Assembly: GCA_028865345.1 (NCBI GenBank)
Contig: JAGWKL010000004.1
Coordinates: 79,422-143,421, forward strand
DNA from: Candidatus Omnitrophota bacterium
Lineage (GTDB): Bacteria; Omnitrophota; Gorgyraeia; Zapsychrales; Fredricksoniimonadaceae
DNA length: 64,000 bases
Reading direction: 5' to 3'
Shown here: one piece after another, positions 18,024 to 29,700 of the stretch
Position numbering within the stretch: the stretch's first letter is position 1
Layout: each line of letters begins with the position of its first letter
Notes under the pieces: generated by a model
Databases searched by the model: none
Seen by the model: only the letters and a program-made list of their open reading frames with translations
What the model was told of the DNA's origin: nothing
Translations under genes and position numbers: made by a program

Positions 18024-20666
18024 CTATTCTTTTTCCGCCATGGGCAGGGTGATGGTCACCATAAAACCTTTCGGGGACAAATTCTCCGCTTCCACCTCGC
18101 CCTCATTCAATTGCACGAACCGGCGGGCGATGGACAACCCCAGTCCCAGGCCGCCTTTCCTGGTCTTGGCCCCCCGATAAAATTTATCGAAAATCTTGGC
18201 CAGGGTCTGTTTGGAAATGCCTTCCCCCTGGTCAATGACGCTGATCCTGATCTTTTGGTCGATCACACGGACATGGATGTCGATGTCCAGGCCCTCGGGG
18301 CCGTGCACCAGGGCATTATGGACGATATTTTTCAACGCCTGTGTGATCATATAGAAATCCGCATTCACATACACAGGACCCTGCGGACAATCTACATGGA
18401 TGCGCTTTTCATCCTTGGACGTCCCCACCTGCTTAAGGGCGTGGGCCACGATGTCCTTGACTTCGCACCAGGCAAAATTGGGACTTAGGTTGCCGACATC
18501 CAGCTTGGTCAGATCCAGCACCGCATCCACGCCGCTGGTCAGGCGAAGGCAGGCCAGCCGGCATTCATCCAAAAGCTCCATGGCATCCTTGGGCCACTGA
18601 TGAAACAAGATCAGGGCGTCCAGATAACCGGAAATGATCGTCAGCGGCGTCTTGAGCTCATGGGACAAATTATCAAGAAGCGCGCTTTGCAGATTTTGCG
18701 TGTCTTCCTTCATCTTGGCTTCACGGGAGATCTTCAGCAGCTGGTCCTTTTCCAGCATCACCGTCATAAGCGCCGTGAATGATTCCAATAATGTCCTCTG
18801 GGCCAAATCCAAAGGCCTTTCCTTTAAAAGCTTGATGACCACAATGGCCCTCACCTGGCCCGATGACATTAAAGGCAGGTACATCAAGGGCTGCTGGGGC
18901 AGCGTGTCCGAAAAACGGCCCGCGGCCTTTTTATTGGCCACCACCCACTGGACCAAACCTTTTTGGTTGGGTGTCATATCAATAGGGTCCCCCAACGGAT
19001 TGGCGAACAGCGGCTGCTCGCTCTCGTCGACCATAAAGACGCTGCTATGGCACTGCAGCAACAGGTTGATTTGGGCTGTCGCCAGGCGCATGGCCTGGGC
19101 GATATCGGTGCTGAGCGCCAGGGCCCTGGTCAACTCATACAGGGATTCGGAACGTTGGCGCTGCTTCTGCTCTATTTCCTTTTGGCGGCGCAGTTTCGAG
19201 GTGACAAATCCCATCATCAAGGCTGTTATGAAAAACATGCCGAGTACGCCGATGTCATAGGTGGTCCTCAGATGAAGCGCAAACTTAGGAGGAATGAACA
19301 AATAATCCCAGGCAAAGGCGCTTAAAGCGGCCAGCATAAAGGCCGCGCTGCGGCCCAGGAAAGAACCGCTCAAGACAACGGTCAGCAAATATAAAAGCCC
19401 CAGCACCTCGTAGCCCGTCCAGGGGGCCAGCAGCATGTTCACGATGGTCGCAATGACAAACATCAGGAAACTCAAGCCATATTCACGGGGTCTTGGCCTC
19501 ATCAAGAATTCATTGGGTTTGGAAGGAAAGTTCTTTTCCGCGGCCGACATGCGCACCATATGCACGTCTATCTGTCCGCTTAAAGCCACCAGGCGGTCCG
19601 CCACCGTCGGGATCCCCAAAAAACGCTGCCATCTGGTCTCCGACGATTTTCCGAAAATAATTTGGGTCACGTTTTCCTTATTGGCCACATCCACGATCAC
19701 CTGGGCCAGGTCATCCCCGACCCGGTGGATGATCTCCGCCCCCAGCTGCCGGGCCAGGGTCAAATTCTTCATCAGGCGTTCTTTATGCTCTTCGGTAAGC
19801 GGCGCGGAACCTTCCACGTGCAGGGCGATCCAGGAGGCATCGAGCATCCCTGCCCAGCGGCGGGTCATGCGGATCAATGATTCCGAAAAAGGCGTAATAC
19901 CTACAGCCACCAGAATGCGTTCCCCGCTTTTAGAAGGGCCTGAAAGGCCCTTGGCCAGCATCAGCGAGCGCAGGTTGCGGTTGACATGGGCCGTGGTCAG
20001 GCGGAGAGCCATTTCCCTTAAGGCCGTGAGGTTTTCCGTCTTAAAAAAGTTGACCGCGGCCGCCTGAGCCTGGTCAGGGACATACACCTTGCCTTCGGCC
20101 AGGCGCTGGTGCAAGGCCTGAGGTGAAAGGTCGACCAGCGTGATTTCGGAAGCTTCGTCCAGGATGGTGTCGGGAACGGTCTCACCGACGGCAATGCGGG
20201 TGACCGCCAGGATGTCCTCCCGGCGGCTGTCCACATGCTGCACGTTCAGGGTGGTGAACACATCGATGTCCGCGGCCAGGACCTCCAAAACGTCCTGATA
20301 ACGTTTGGGATGACGGCTGCCCGGGGCATTGGTATGGGCAAGCTCATCGACGAGAACCAACTGCGGATGGCGCTTAAGGATCTCATCGATGTCCATCTCT
20401 TCGATGGTAATGCCCCGATAATTGACTTTCTTTAAAGGGATTTGCTCCAGGCCCTGCAGGAGCGCCCGGGTCTCGGGCCGGCCATGGGTCATGACAACGC
20501 CTACCAGCACCCGGAAACCCTCCGCCTGGCGCTGGCGCGCCTCCTGGAGCATGGCGTAGGTCTTGCCGACGCCGGGGCACATGCCGAAAAAAATCTTGAG
20601 TTTGCCGTGGTGGTCTTCTTCGGCTTTAAATCTCGCTAACAGCGCGTCCGGATCAGGGCGTTCCAT
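18024..20666 (-). CDS. kdpD: KdpD sensor kinase
   Basis: RPDPDALL, GMCPGVGKTYAML, VDELAHTN, USP domain, 4 TM, GAF, SHELKTPL. Confidence 0.95.
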   Translation of the reverse strand: MERPDPDALLARFKAEEDHHGKLKIFFGMCPGVGKTYAMLQEARQRQAEGFRVLVGVVMTHGRPETRALLQGLEQIPLKKVNYRGITIEEMDIDEILKRHPQLVLVDELAHTNAPGSRHPKRYQDVLEVLAADIDVFTTLNVQHVDSRREDILAVTRIAVGETVPDTILDEASEITLVDLSPQALHQRLAEGKVYVPDQAQAAAVNFFKTENLTALREMALRLTTAHVNRNLRSLMLAKGLSGPSKSGERILVAVGITPFSESLIRMTRRWAGMLDASWIALHVEGSAPLTEEHKERLMKNLTLARQLGAEIIHRVGDDLAQVIVDVANKENVTQIIFGKSSETRWQRFLGIPTVADRLVALSGQIDVHMVRMSAAEKNFPSKPNEFLMRPRPREYGLSFLMFVIATIVNMLLAPWTGYEVLGLLYLLTVVLSGSFLGRSAAFMLAALSAFAWDYLFIPPKFALHLRTTYDIGVLGMFFITALMMGFVTSKLRRQKEIEQKQRQRSESLYELTRALALSTDIAQAMRLATAQINLLLQCHSSVFMVDESEQPLFANPLGDPIDMTPNQKGLVQWVVANKKAAGRFSDTLPQQPLMYLPLMSSGQVRAIVVIKLLKERPLDLAQRTLLESFTALMTVMLEKDQLLKISREAKMKEDTQNLQSALLDNLSHELKTPLTIISGYLDALILFHQWPKDAMELLDECRLACLRLTSGVDAVLDLTKLDVGNLSPNFAWCEVKDIVAHALKQVGTSKDEKRIHVDCPQGPVYVNADFYMITQALKNIVHNALVHGPEGLDIDIHVRVIDQKIRISVIDQGEGISKQTLAKIFDKFYRGAKTRKGGLGLGLSIARRFVQLNEGEVEAENLSPKGFMVTITLPMAEKE

Positions 20667-20708
20667 GCCTTCTATGATACTTCATTTGAGGGCTCGTGGA
20701 AAATTATT

Positions 20709-23700
20709 TTAACGGTTTCCAAACATCAAATGGAAGGCATCGTTGACGGTAAGGCTGGGGGTGAAACGGACGATGTGGAAATTAAACCCTTGAAACCCCT
20801 CAGACATCTGCACCGCCTCCCTTCTCCCGGAAAGACCGGCAGTGGAAAAACGATTGATGAATTGAGGCTGAAAATCAAGGTCAATACCCCCGCTGCGTTT
20901 GGCGGCGGAAGCGTTCATGGCGGCATCGACCACCCTTTGGGCCAGATGCCTCGCCCTGTCGGAAGCGGAAGCAAAAACCACCGTATTCCTCTCCGGCAAA
21001 TAAACCATGTTTTTCAAATTGTGGCGGGACAAGGAGACCTCCCCAATTACTGAATAAACGCGCGTTCTTTCATCCACCGATGCGTTTCTAATAGCATTTA
21101 AATTTCTTTCAAAACTCTCTTTATATCCATTACCGTTCCCATTACCATTGCCATGTCCATTATCGGCACCACTGCGTATTTGGGCCTGGATATAATCCAT
21201 GTATTCTTTTAAAAGAATGTTGGGGTCCTCAAAATTTTGGGCCATGACCCTGGGAATAATGATATCCGGAATAAATCTTAACCCGCCGGCATTGACCAAT
21301 TCCTCGGCCAATACTGTTTGCAATTGGACCTCCTCAGGGGACATGGTCATAAGGCGGGTCAAGCCCATCATTTGCTGGGCCGATTCATTGTCCAGGTCCA
21401 AGCCTTTGGCCCTGATGATATTGATCGTGGGTGAAAATCGTTTTCTCGCATGCTCCCTAAGATCGAGGTTTTCATACATTCTGGCAACCGTCGTCAGCCC
21501 TTCGTTTAAATCAGAAATCACCCAAGCCCGAGATGGCCTGGAGAGATCGTGCAAATCCCTTATGTTCGTCCAATGGGTGCCGAAGGTGATCCCTGAACCA
21601 TCGGCATGTTGGACAGGAGGCCCCACATAAGCATCCTGTGCGTAACCCAGGACAAGCCCTCCTTTAGGCGTCGTTTTTGCCGCCGCGTATAAATTGTAAA
21701 TGCCTAATTGGATACGGGGATCATCGGGAGGGATGTTGCCCTCAACGAAAAGAAAGAGTTTATGGTTGTCCTTGCCCGATTTGGTTTCTCTCAAGGCCTT
21801 AAAAAAAGTGTCCCCATCCTGCGTCCCCCACCCGATGATTTGGGAGTTCCTGACGGTTTCCCTGAGAGCCTCGATGTACTTAGGGTCATGGTTTTCCACC
21901 AAAAGCACAACGGGATCATCACCCTCATGGGATTCGGCTTCTTCAACGGCCCGCCTGATAATCTGTTCTTCATTGTTGGCTTGCGAGACATTTTCAACGA
22001 CATTTTTCTTAAATACAGGCCATTGGTGAGGCCCTGCCGTCAATCCGACGGCTTCGGCCATTTTTTCACGGAGCCTGAGCAGCACCTCTTTCATGTTTTT
22101 GTTGTCTATCAACCTCTTATTGGCCAGGGTGGGCCCCAAATAGTTGGCAAAGGTGATCGCCACGCTGGCCAGAAGACCGAATATTTCAAGGACATTGAAA
22201 CGGCCGAATGTCAAAAATGGCAGCCGCCCATAACCGAAATAGCTAAAGGCGATCTTTAATGCCAAAAACCCGTCTACAAATGTAAAAATATGCCGGCTGT
22301 ACCAACTGCGCTTACGCGAATTCTTGCTTGAAGCTGCGTACCCGTAACTGCCGAATCTCTTACTCTCCTTTTTGACTTCCAGCCATCGTTTCTTGCTCTC
22401 GGTGATGGTAGCGTTTATTTCATTTTCCTTATAGAGTCCGGGGACAATAAAATTGCCTGTCTCCATCAGGTCCCTTAGGTCAGCCTCCAATTTATTTTCA
22501 GGCTTCTTGACCAGGGACTCAAAGCCCAAAAGGGCGGTGGGATAATTGAAGGTCTCCTCCAGTTCGCCTTTCTGAAAATGTTCGTTGTTACGGAGATTAA
22601 GATTGACACGGCCCTGGAGCCAATCCAGAAATTTCTGGACGTAGATCATTTTTAAATTCATGCGCTCGCTGGTTTCCCAAGAGGCATGTCGTTGGCCTTC
22701 CGTGGCCCTGTTCATACGGTCAGACACCATTTTGGAAGTCCTGTTGGCCAGTCTCACAAAGTAAGAAAAACCTTTCTGATAGGCCTCGTTCTGGGCGCCT
22801 TTACGGCTTTTGTTATCGACAAGGTCCGGGGTATATTTCATACGGACAATGATGGCATCGGCAATAACGGCCATAAACACCTGGTCGTTCAGGAGTTTTT
22901 CTATCGGATAACGGGGATCGCTGTCCCATAACTGTAAAATTTCTTCCCATTTTTTCAAAAGTGCCGGCACACTGACCTCATTAGCAATAACCCCCTCTCC
23001 CTTGCCGTTATTATTAAGGAACTCATCCTCCAGGATGCGCATGAGTTTATCCAGGCTTGCAAACTTTCTGTTTTTCCAGTCCCAGAATTTCGGAGAAAGA
23101 AGGTAGTAAAGCCCCACGCAGATAACGAGAAGGCTTGCCCCGACACCTGTATTCCAGGCCCATTGCCACCAGTGCCCCTGGACGATCTGCTGGTCATTCT
23201 CATAGATGGATTTTATATAATCGTTACGCAGCTTCAGGACCGCTTCCACAACTTCTTTATCTGTACCGGAGTTTTTCATCTGAGTTAAATACTTCTCCAG
23301 CTCTTGCGGGTCGTTCAGAGACTCGATTTTTTGTGCCAATCGATCCAAAGCATCCGAAAACCGGACAGAATGGACCGGCATCCCTGCGGAATAAGAATCC
23401 TTTTGGGCCATCTGCGTATTGATCTGGATGGCGCGTACGGCCCACTTGGTGGCGATCAACTTGATCTGGGCGTCCCGGCTCGCGGCTCCTGCCGCGGGAG
23501 GGTTCTGCATGGACAGTTCTATAAAGGAATATGTATCCAAATACGCCTCAGAAAACGACAGGTTCTGCGTCCGTCCGCCCATTTTATAGAGCGCCCGTCG
23601 AAAAACCCCCATGGCCGCCGGTGTTTTAAGATTTTGAGCATCTTGTTTGACGGTATCTATATTCTGACGGGCCTCAATGGCCCTAAGCATGAGCTCATCA

Positions 23701-26700
23701 TTGGAATTGATGTAGTCTTGCATCACCAATAAACGGCCTTCAGCATCCCCCATCAATCGGTCCAGGACCAAATTTAAATCATCCGCATTTTTCAAAACAT
23801 ACGGATGGGGAAGGATGCGGGCCAGTTCGGATTTTGTCGCTGTTTTAAGATACTCTCCTTGCCGGGAGACCGTCATGGTTGATAAATACGCCAGCGTGTC
23901 TTGAGGGTCCCGGGGAAGCGCGCCGATAGCGGAAACACCCGCCCTTTCCTGCTCATTGACCTGGTTTTGATCGATCAAATTTTGCGCCTGCCGGCGGGCT
24001 TCTGCCAACAAATCGCCCCTCAAAAGGCCCATATGTTTACGCCAGCCGGGGGAATTCAAAAATAGACGCAATTGGTCCGGTAATACGCTGATACGTCCCA
24101 AAGCCTCCGTATTGGAATCAACGAACAAAGAGTACGTATTGACATTTTGATATTCTCCCGGCTGAAAATGTTCATTTATCCTCTCTAAAACAATCTTTCT
24201 GACCAGGACATCCATGAACAGATCTTTCATGGCCTGGGCCTGCTTAGGGTCGGCAAAGTAAAGATCCATTTCATTATAAAGGCGGGCCAACTCATCCGTA
24301 CGCCAATATCGGCCCATCAATAGGTTGTCTTGCCCCAACCCATCAGGGTCCTTGGCAATAAAGGCCAGTAAGATTTTCTGTGCCAAAGCCCGTTGATTGG
24401 GATAAACACCGTCGGCATCGAAACTGGAGGGATACAAAGCATCCAAAATTCCGGGGTTATCGGTAAAGATGTCCCCGATGGACTGATAAGCCCAATTGAC
24501 GGCTTGGCCATTGCCCTTTTGCTGCGCCGTTTGGATGAAGTTGACTAAAAAGCGCAGGCTGCGCCATGGGTTGCTCCCGTCTAAAAACAGAAAAATCCGC
24601 TCTCTGACGTCTGCGGGCGCCGTCAAGGCGGCTGCCCCCAGTTTTTCAACGTCTTTTGCTGTCCCCTGATAGCCGGACAAAAGGTCATCGATCCCGGGCT
24701 CCCTGTTAAAAGGATTGCTGTCATAAACATTCATCGTTGAATTGGGCCCGGGCAGGGTCGATCTGGCCTTCCAGGCATTAAAATCCCTATTGGGATTTGA
24801 AAGCTGCTGGGCGTGAAGGGGCATGACGCCGATGCTGACGGCCATGCTGAAAGCCAGAATTAATTTCTGTAAAAAACCCGCAAGCTGGGCCCTGTCAGCG
24901 GCCATGGCCTGGTTTGCGCTGTCTTGGATCAGGGATTGGTCCGGGCCCAGGACGCCCAATTTTTGCAAATCATCCTGGGCCTGGAGATATTGACCTTTAA
25001 GTTGTATTATCTTCACGGCCCACTTATTCATGGCTCCGCGCTCCGTGGCCCAATCCTGAGGCGCGTAAAGAGTGCCTGTAAAGCCGGCTTTCAACTCCCA
25101 CCATTTTAGGGCATTTTGATAAGCTTCCCGGGCTTGTTGGATTTGACTGCTTAAATCTCTAAGAGCGCCGATCTTGACGGCCACTTCCCCTCTTAAATTA
25201 TTTTCCATCAACTCCAATTCTGCCGTCTTCTTTTGCAATTCGAGGGCAAGGATCTTTTGATCTATTTTCTTCTTTCCATCATATAAGGGGATGCTCAACC
25301 CTTCTGCGCCGTTCTCTCCGGGATTCATTTCAGAAGCCCGCCATGTTTCGCCGCCGCCGAAGGCGGGTTCCGTAAAAGAACTGCTGATGGCGCTGCCGCT
25401 GTAAACCCCTGTGGCATTGGCCTGCCAGCCTTCGATCTTTTTCAATTTTAACTGCTGGCGGATCTTGGCTATTTCCGTCTGGGCCCGTTGGATTTGAGGA
25501 TTAGCCGTTAAAAGTTTTTCGATAAAAGCATTTTCCTGCTCTTGGCTTGGGGCGGGAAATTCCGCCTGCCATGGGATGTCCATGGCAAAGCCTGCATGAA
25601 GGTCTTGCCGGCCGGTTAAGGTGTTGAGTTGTATGGTCAGTTCGTCATTGCCCTGAACAGCTTCTGATCTTGCTTCCTTAGCTTCCGCAATATTATTGTC
25701 AAAGGCCATGAGCTGCTCTTGTGTACCCACGCCGGCTTGCATGCTCTGGACAATGGCTTTTCTCCCCATTTCCAAATCTTTGATATATTGATCGTAAAGC
25801 GCCGCGATTTGCTGTTGAGTCCCCAGATCAATACCGATGTCCTTGGCATGTTCAGTCTGTTCAAGCACAGCAGCTTGATACTCGCGCAGCACGATTTCCG
25901 TCTGTATTTTGGCATATTCTATCTGTTTGGCCTTTTGGTGGGTGACCAATTCCGCGATCTTTAGAAAATAGGGAAAGACCAGCTTGGCTGCCGCGCCGTA
26001 AGCATTGCCGGAAGCCAGATCAATGGCAACATCCGGTATATTGGCATCGACCCCGCCGCCGATATATGTTTTGCCGCCGGATGAATAAACATTAAAATCC
26101 AGACCGATGTATTTGCTGTTGGGATATTTCTCGGCCAATTGGTTTTGGAGGTATGAAATCCTTTGGGTAACAGCCGTCAGTTTAAAGTCCCTGACCTTTT
26201 GCCCTATGGCAGTAAGGTTCACCGAGGGCCCCTGTACCGGAAATGACGTCAGGGGCGGATTAATGTTGATAACGGCCCGAGGGTTTAAAACCGGCCGGGA
26301 AAGCTTATCCGCATGAATTTTGGGCGGAGGCGGCGGAGCTGCCCCTGAAAAGACCGGCGTAGAATTCTCCTGCGTCCATACCTTTGCCGCTATCTGCTGA
26401 TTTGTTTTATCCAGCAAGCTGACATTGACTCCCATGCCTATGCGTAAAACATGCCGGGGGTCAAGGACCTTGATTTCAACCGACTTTTTGTTCAATTGGA
26501 TGTCCGGACTGAAAGCATCAACAACATTGGTCACCCGTCCTACAAGCCGATAACCCCCTATTTGAGTTGTGACCAGCACATAATCGCCCCGATGAACAGG
26601 CCCATCCAAAAGGACCGCGTTCGAGGGATCATTAAAATCCCCCAGAAAAACGGTGCCGGGGCTGTACTCCAAGAGTTTCTCGCCGCTTTTAAACGTTCCT

Positions 26701-29700
26701 GATTGATGTTCCCATGATGAGACAATAACGCCGTCCCTCGGAGCTTTTATGACTAAATTATTCAGAATCGTCCTGAGCCTTGCAACTTCAGATTTCCATT
26801 TAATGTCTTCGGCCTGAAGCTTATCGATCTGTACCGGAGCGATCGTCCCGCCGGAAGCAGGCGCTTCGTTTCTAAGCCGGTCTTCAACCGCATGAACTTG
26901 ATCGACTGCTTCCTGATATTGAGCAAGATATGGTTTAGGGTCCACCCGGGCCACGATTTGGCCGGCCTCGACCTTGTCCCCTTCACGGACCAAAAAATTT
27001 ACCGGCCCGTCGGCCGTGGCATCGATCGGATAGGTTTCAATGTTTCTGACCAGCTCACGCGTGCTTCCGGAGGCAACAATGGTATGAAGCAGCCTGGAGG
27101 ACCCTCCATCCGCAGAATAGACTTTAAGAGACAACTGCACTGTCTGGCCCTGTCTTATCGGCGATGAAGGGGTGACAACCAAGGTCAAATGTGCCGTCCG
27201 CGGATCCACCGTGGGCAGCCAATTAATGCCTGTGATGCTCTTGACCGGTTTACCGTCGATGGTCAGGTCAAGATCATTGTTATTGGCGCTGATGGGAAGG
27301 TCCACTTCAAAGCGGACCCTGTCTTCGTCAAAATAACTGGCCAACGCGGCCCCCTGCTCGACAGGAGTTCCGCTGTCGACTTGAAAATCCCTGATCACAA
27401 GTTTATGGGGAGCTTTTACCTTCCCCAACTCACGCTCGGCTAAAGCCTTGGTCAATTCCTGCTGCAGGCTTTGGACATTTTCCCGGGCCTTCTGCAGTTC
27501 ATTGACCGGAGCGGCCTGGGACTGCTCCAGAGAAGCCTCCATTTCTTCGGCAGCATGCAATTGCGCCCGAAGGGTTGTAATACGGCTTTCCAACTGCAGA
27601 TTCCTTATGATGAGTATTGTTTCTCCTTCTTTATATGTCGTCTTGGAAGCATCCAGGATCTCCGCAAAACCGCTCAGTTTGGCCGTTAAATTGTCCTCAA
27701 CAGAAGAGGCCTGCACTTTTTTCTGCAACACATAAAACTTTTTACCATAATGCCAAGGGATTTGATGGGTTTTTACGCGGGATGGGACGACATGACTCAT
27801 TGGTGCTGCTGCGGGAACGGGCTTGGACGCCGGCGGGGACGCCGGAATTTCTTCATGCGCCTGCTGCGTTTGATAGGGTTTCTCAATCTCAACCTGCGCG
27901 GGTTTCAATGGCACGTTGACCGGTTCGATCCGTTCCTGTGTTTGAATATTGGCTTGTGTAGCTGCAGGGGCAACGGGCGTTGGATGTAAATTTAAATTCG
28001 TATTCTTCTCAGCCGGCAGCGGAGACACCTCTGCCACAGGCGTTGATCCGGTATCGGTTCGAATTTGACCGTTCATATCATCAAGAAGGCGGTGAATATC
28101 TTTTAAATTCCGTTCCAAATCATAGAGACTTTGAGTATGGGCAGCTTGAATCTGAACATCATGGTTGTCAAGGGCGCCCCTGGCTGGTCTGACGGTCCAG
28201 GTCTTGACAAAATCCTGCGCTGCTTGTTCGAGATCACCCAGGACACGGACAACATCATCCCTCTGTCCCTCCGGAAGGCTTCTGACAAAACCCGGGTCTT
28301 TCAACAGGCCGTCCAGGGCGTCGGCCTCTGCCCTGAATCGCGGGACAACGGGATGGGCCAGCGCTCCAAAAATATGGGAGCCTTCCGTATCATCGTCGAA
28401 TGTTGATTGCAGATCCTGGATCGTCCGGCTGAGTCTCTGAAAATTATTGCCGATGTTTTTATGGTCTACGTTGGATAAATCCTGCATGTAGCTCCTGACC
28501 TTGGGGCCGGCGTTCTCAGGGCCTGGGATATTAAAACTTGTGCTGGGCTGGATAACATTGATATTATGCGATGGGATTTGGCTTTCAACAGACGGCTGTA
28601 GCTGTGCCACAATTCCACGGGCTCCCCAAAGCTGCCCCCTATAACCGCTGTCCAGCAGGATTTGCCCTAAGGTATCATGCTGTTGGACTGCCACATGCAG
28701 GGTGCCATTAGAATTGTGGGTAATTACCGCGGCTTGGGCAACCCCACCTGCCCCCAACAATGCCAGGGCGACCGTAAGGACAAAACTCCTTATCGATGAA
28801 CGGCTGACCGTCATGCTGGGATCCATGCCGATGGGCGAAAGCGCCACATGGGCCATGGCATAGTCGGAACTCTGGGCCAAATCAGGCGCGATCACTTCGG
28901 GATTCATGACCCGTACGGTCATGGCCCAATTTTTGAAACCGGAAAAATTACAGCCGCCGGAAAAATATTTTCGGGGAACAATTTTCTGGGAAACAGGGTC
29001 CTCGTCTTCGCGGATATAGTTGTACGCGCCTTTCTTGAACAAACGCAGGTATTCCCTATAGATCTTTTCCTTGGCCTGCAAAGGCACGTCATCGACACCG
29101 GCGGTTTTTCTTTTATTGATATAAATGTCCGACAAAACATTTCTCCTTAAAGCGCGTTTATACCAGTCCGCCAGGATCAGTGAATAGAACATCTGGCGCA
29201 GCGGCGCGAAATTCTTGCCTGTATTGACCTCTTTTTCCAATTCCGGCAGTATGAGCCTTTTGGTGATCATGGAGGTAAAGCTATGGGTCGGGCGGGCGTT
29301 GATGCCGGCATGAGACCGGTTTTTTTTCAGGGCCAAATAATCCTCTTCCATCATGACCTTAAGGTGCGTTTGACCGACCACGGCACTGTTGCCCATGTCG
29401 TAGACAATGGCCTTGTCTGGAACTATCCAGACCTTATTGAAGGTGTTTATGGGAAGATCCGTGGTGCCGTATATTTCAGCGGCTTTTTTGTAAACTTCAG
29501 CCCAGAATTTTCTGCCAAGACCGGTCTCGGGATAGGTGAGCGAGGACGTCAATTGTTTAAGAAGCTTGTCCTGTTCCAGAAGGATGTTGCCAGCGTCCGT
29601 AACGGACAAATCCGCAGGGACAATCCGTCCTTTTTCGTAAGGCGATAAATTGACCCAAAGGTCTCCTTCCGGGATCGTCAGAAAGGTCAAAAAATACTTG

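Noticed and set aside
23610-24240. Additional AQAM and PAAM strings within the giant protein as cleavage sites
   Set aside because: They lack the D/N at the first position, sit inside a continuous domain, and no signal peptide follows.
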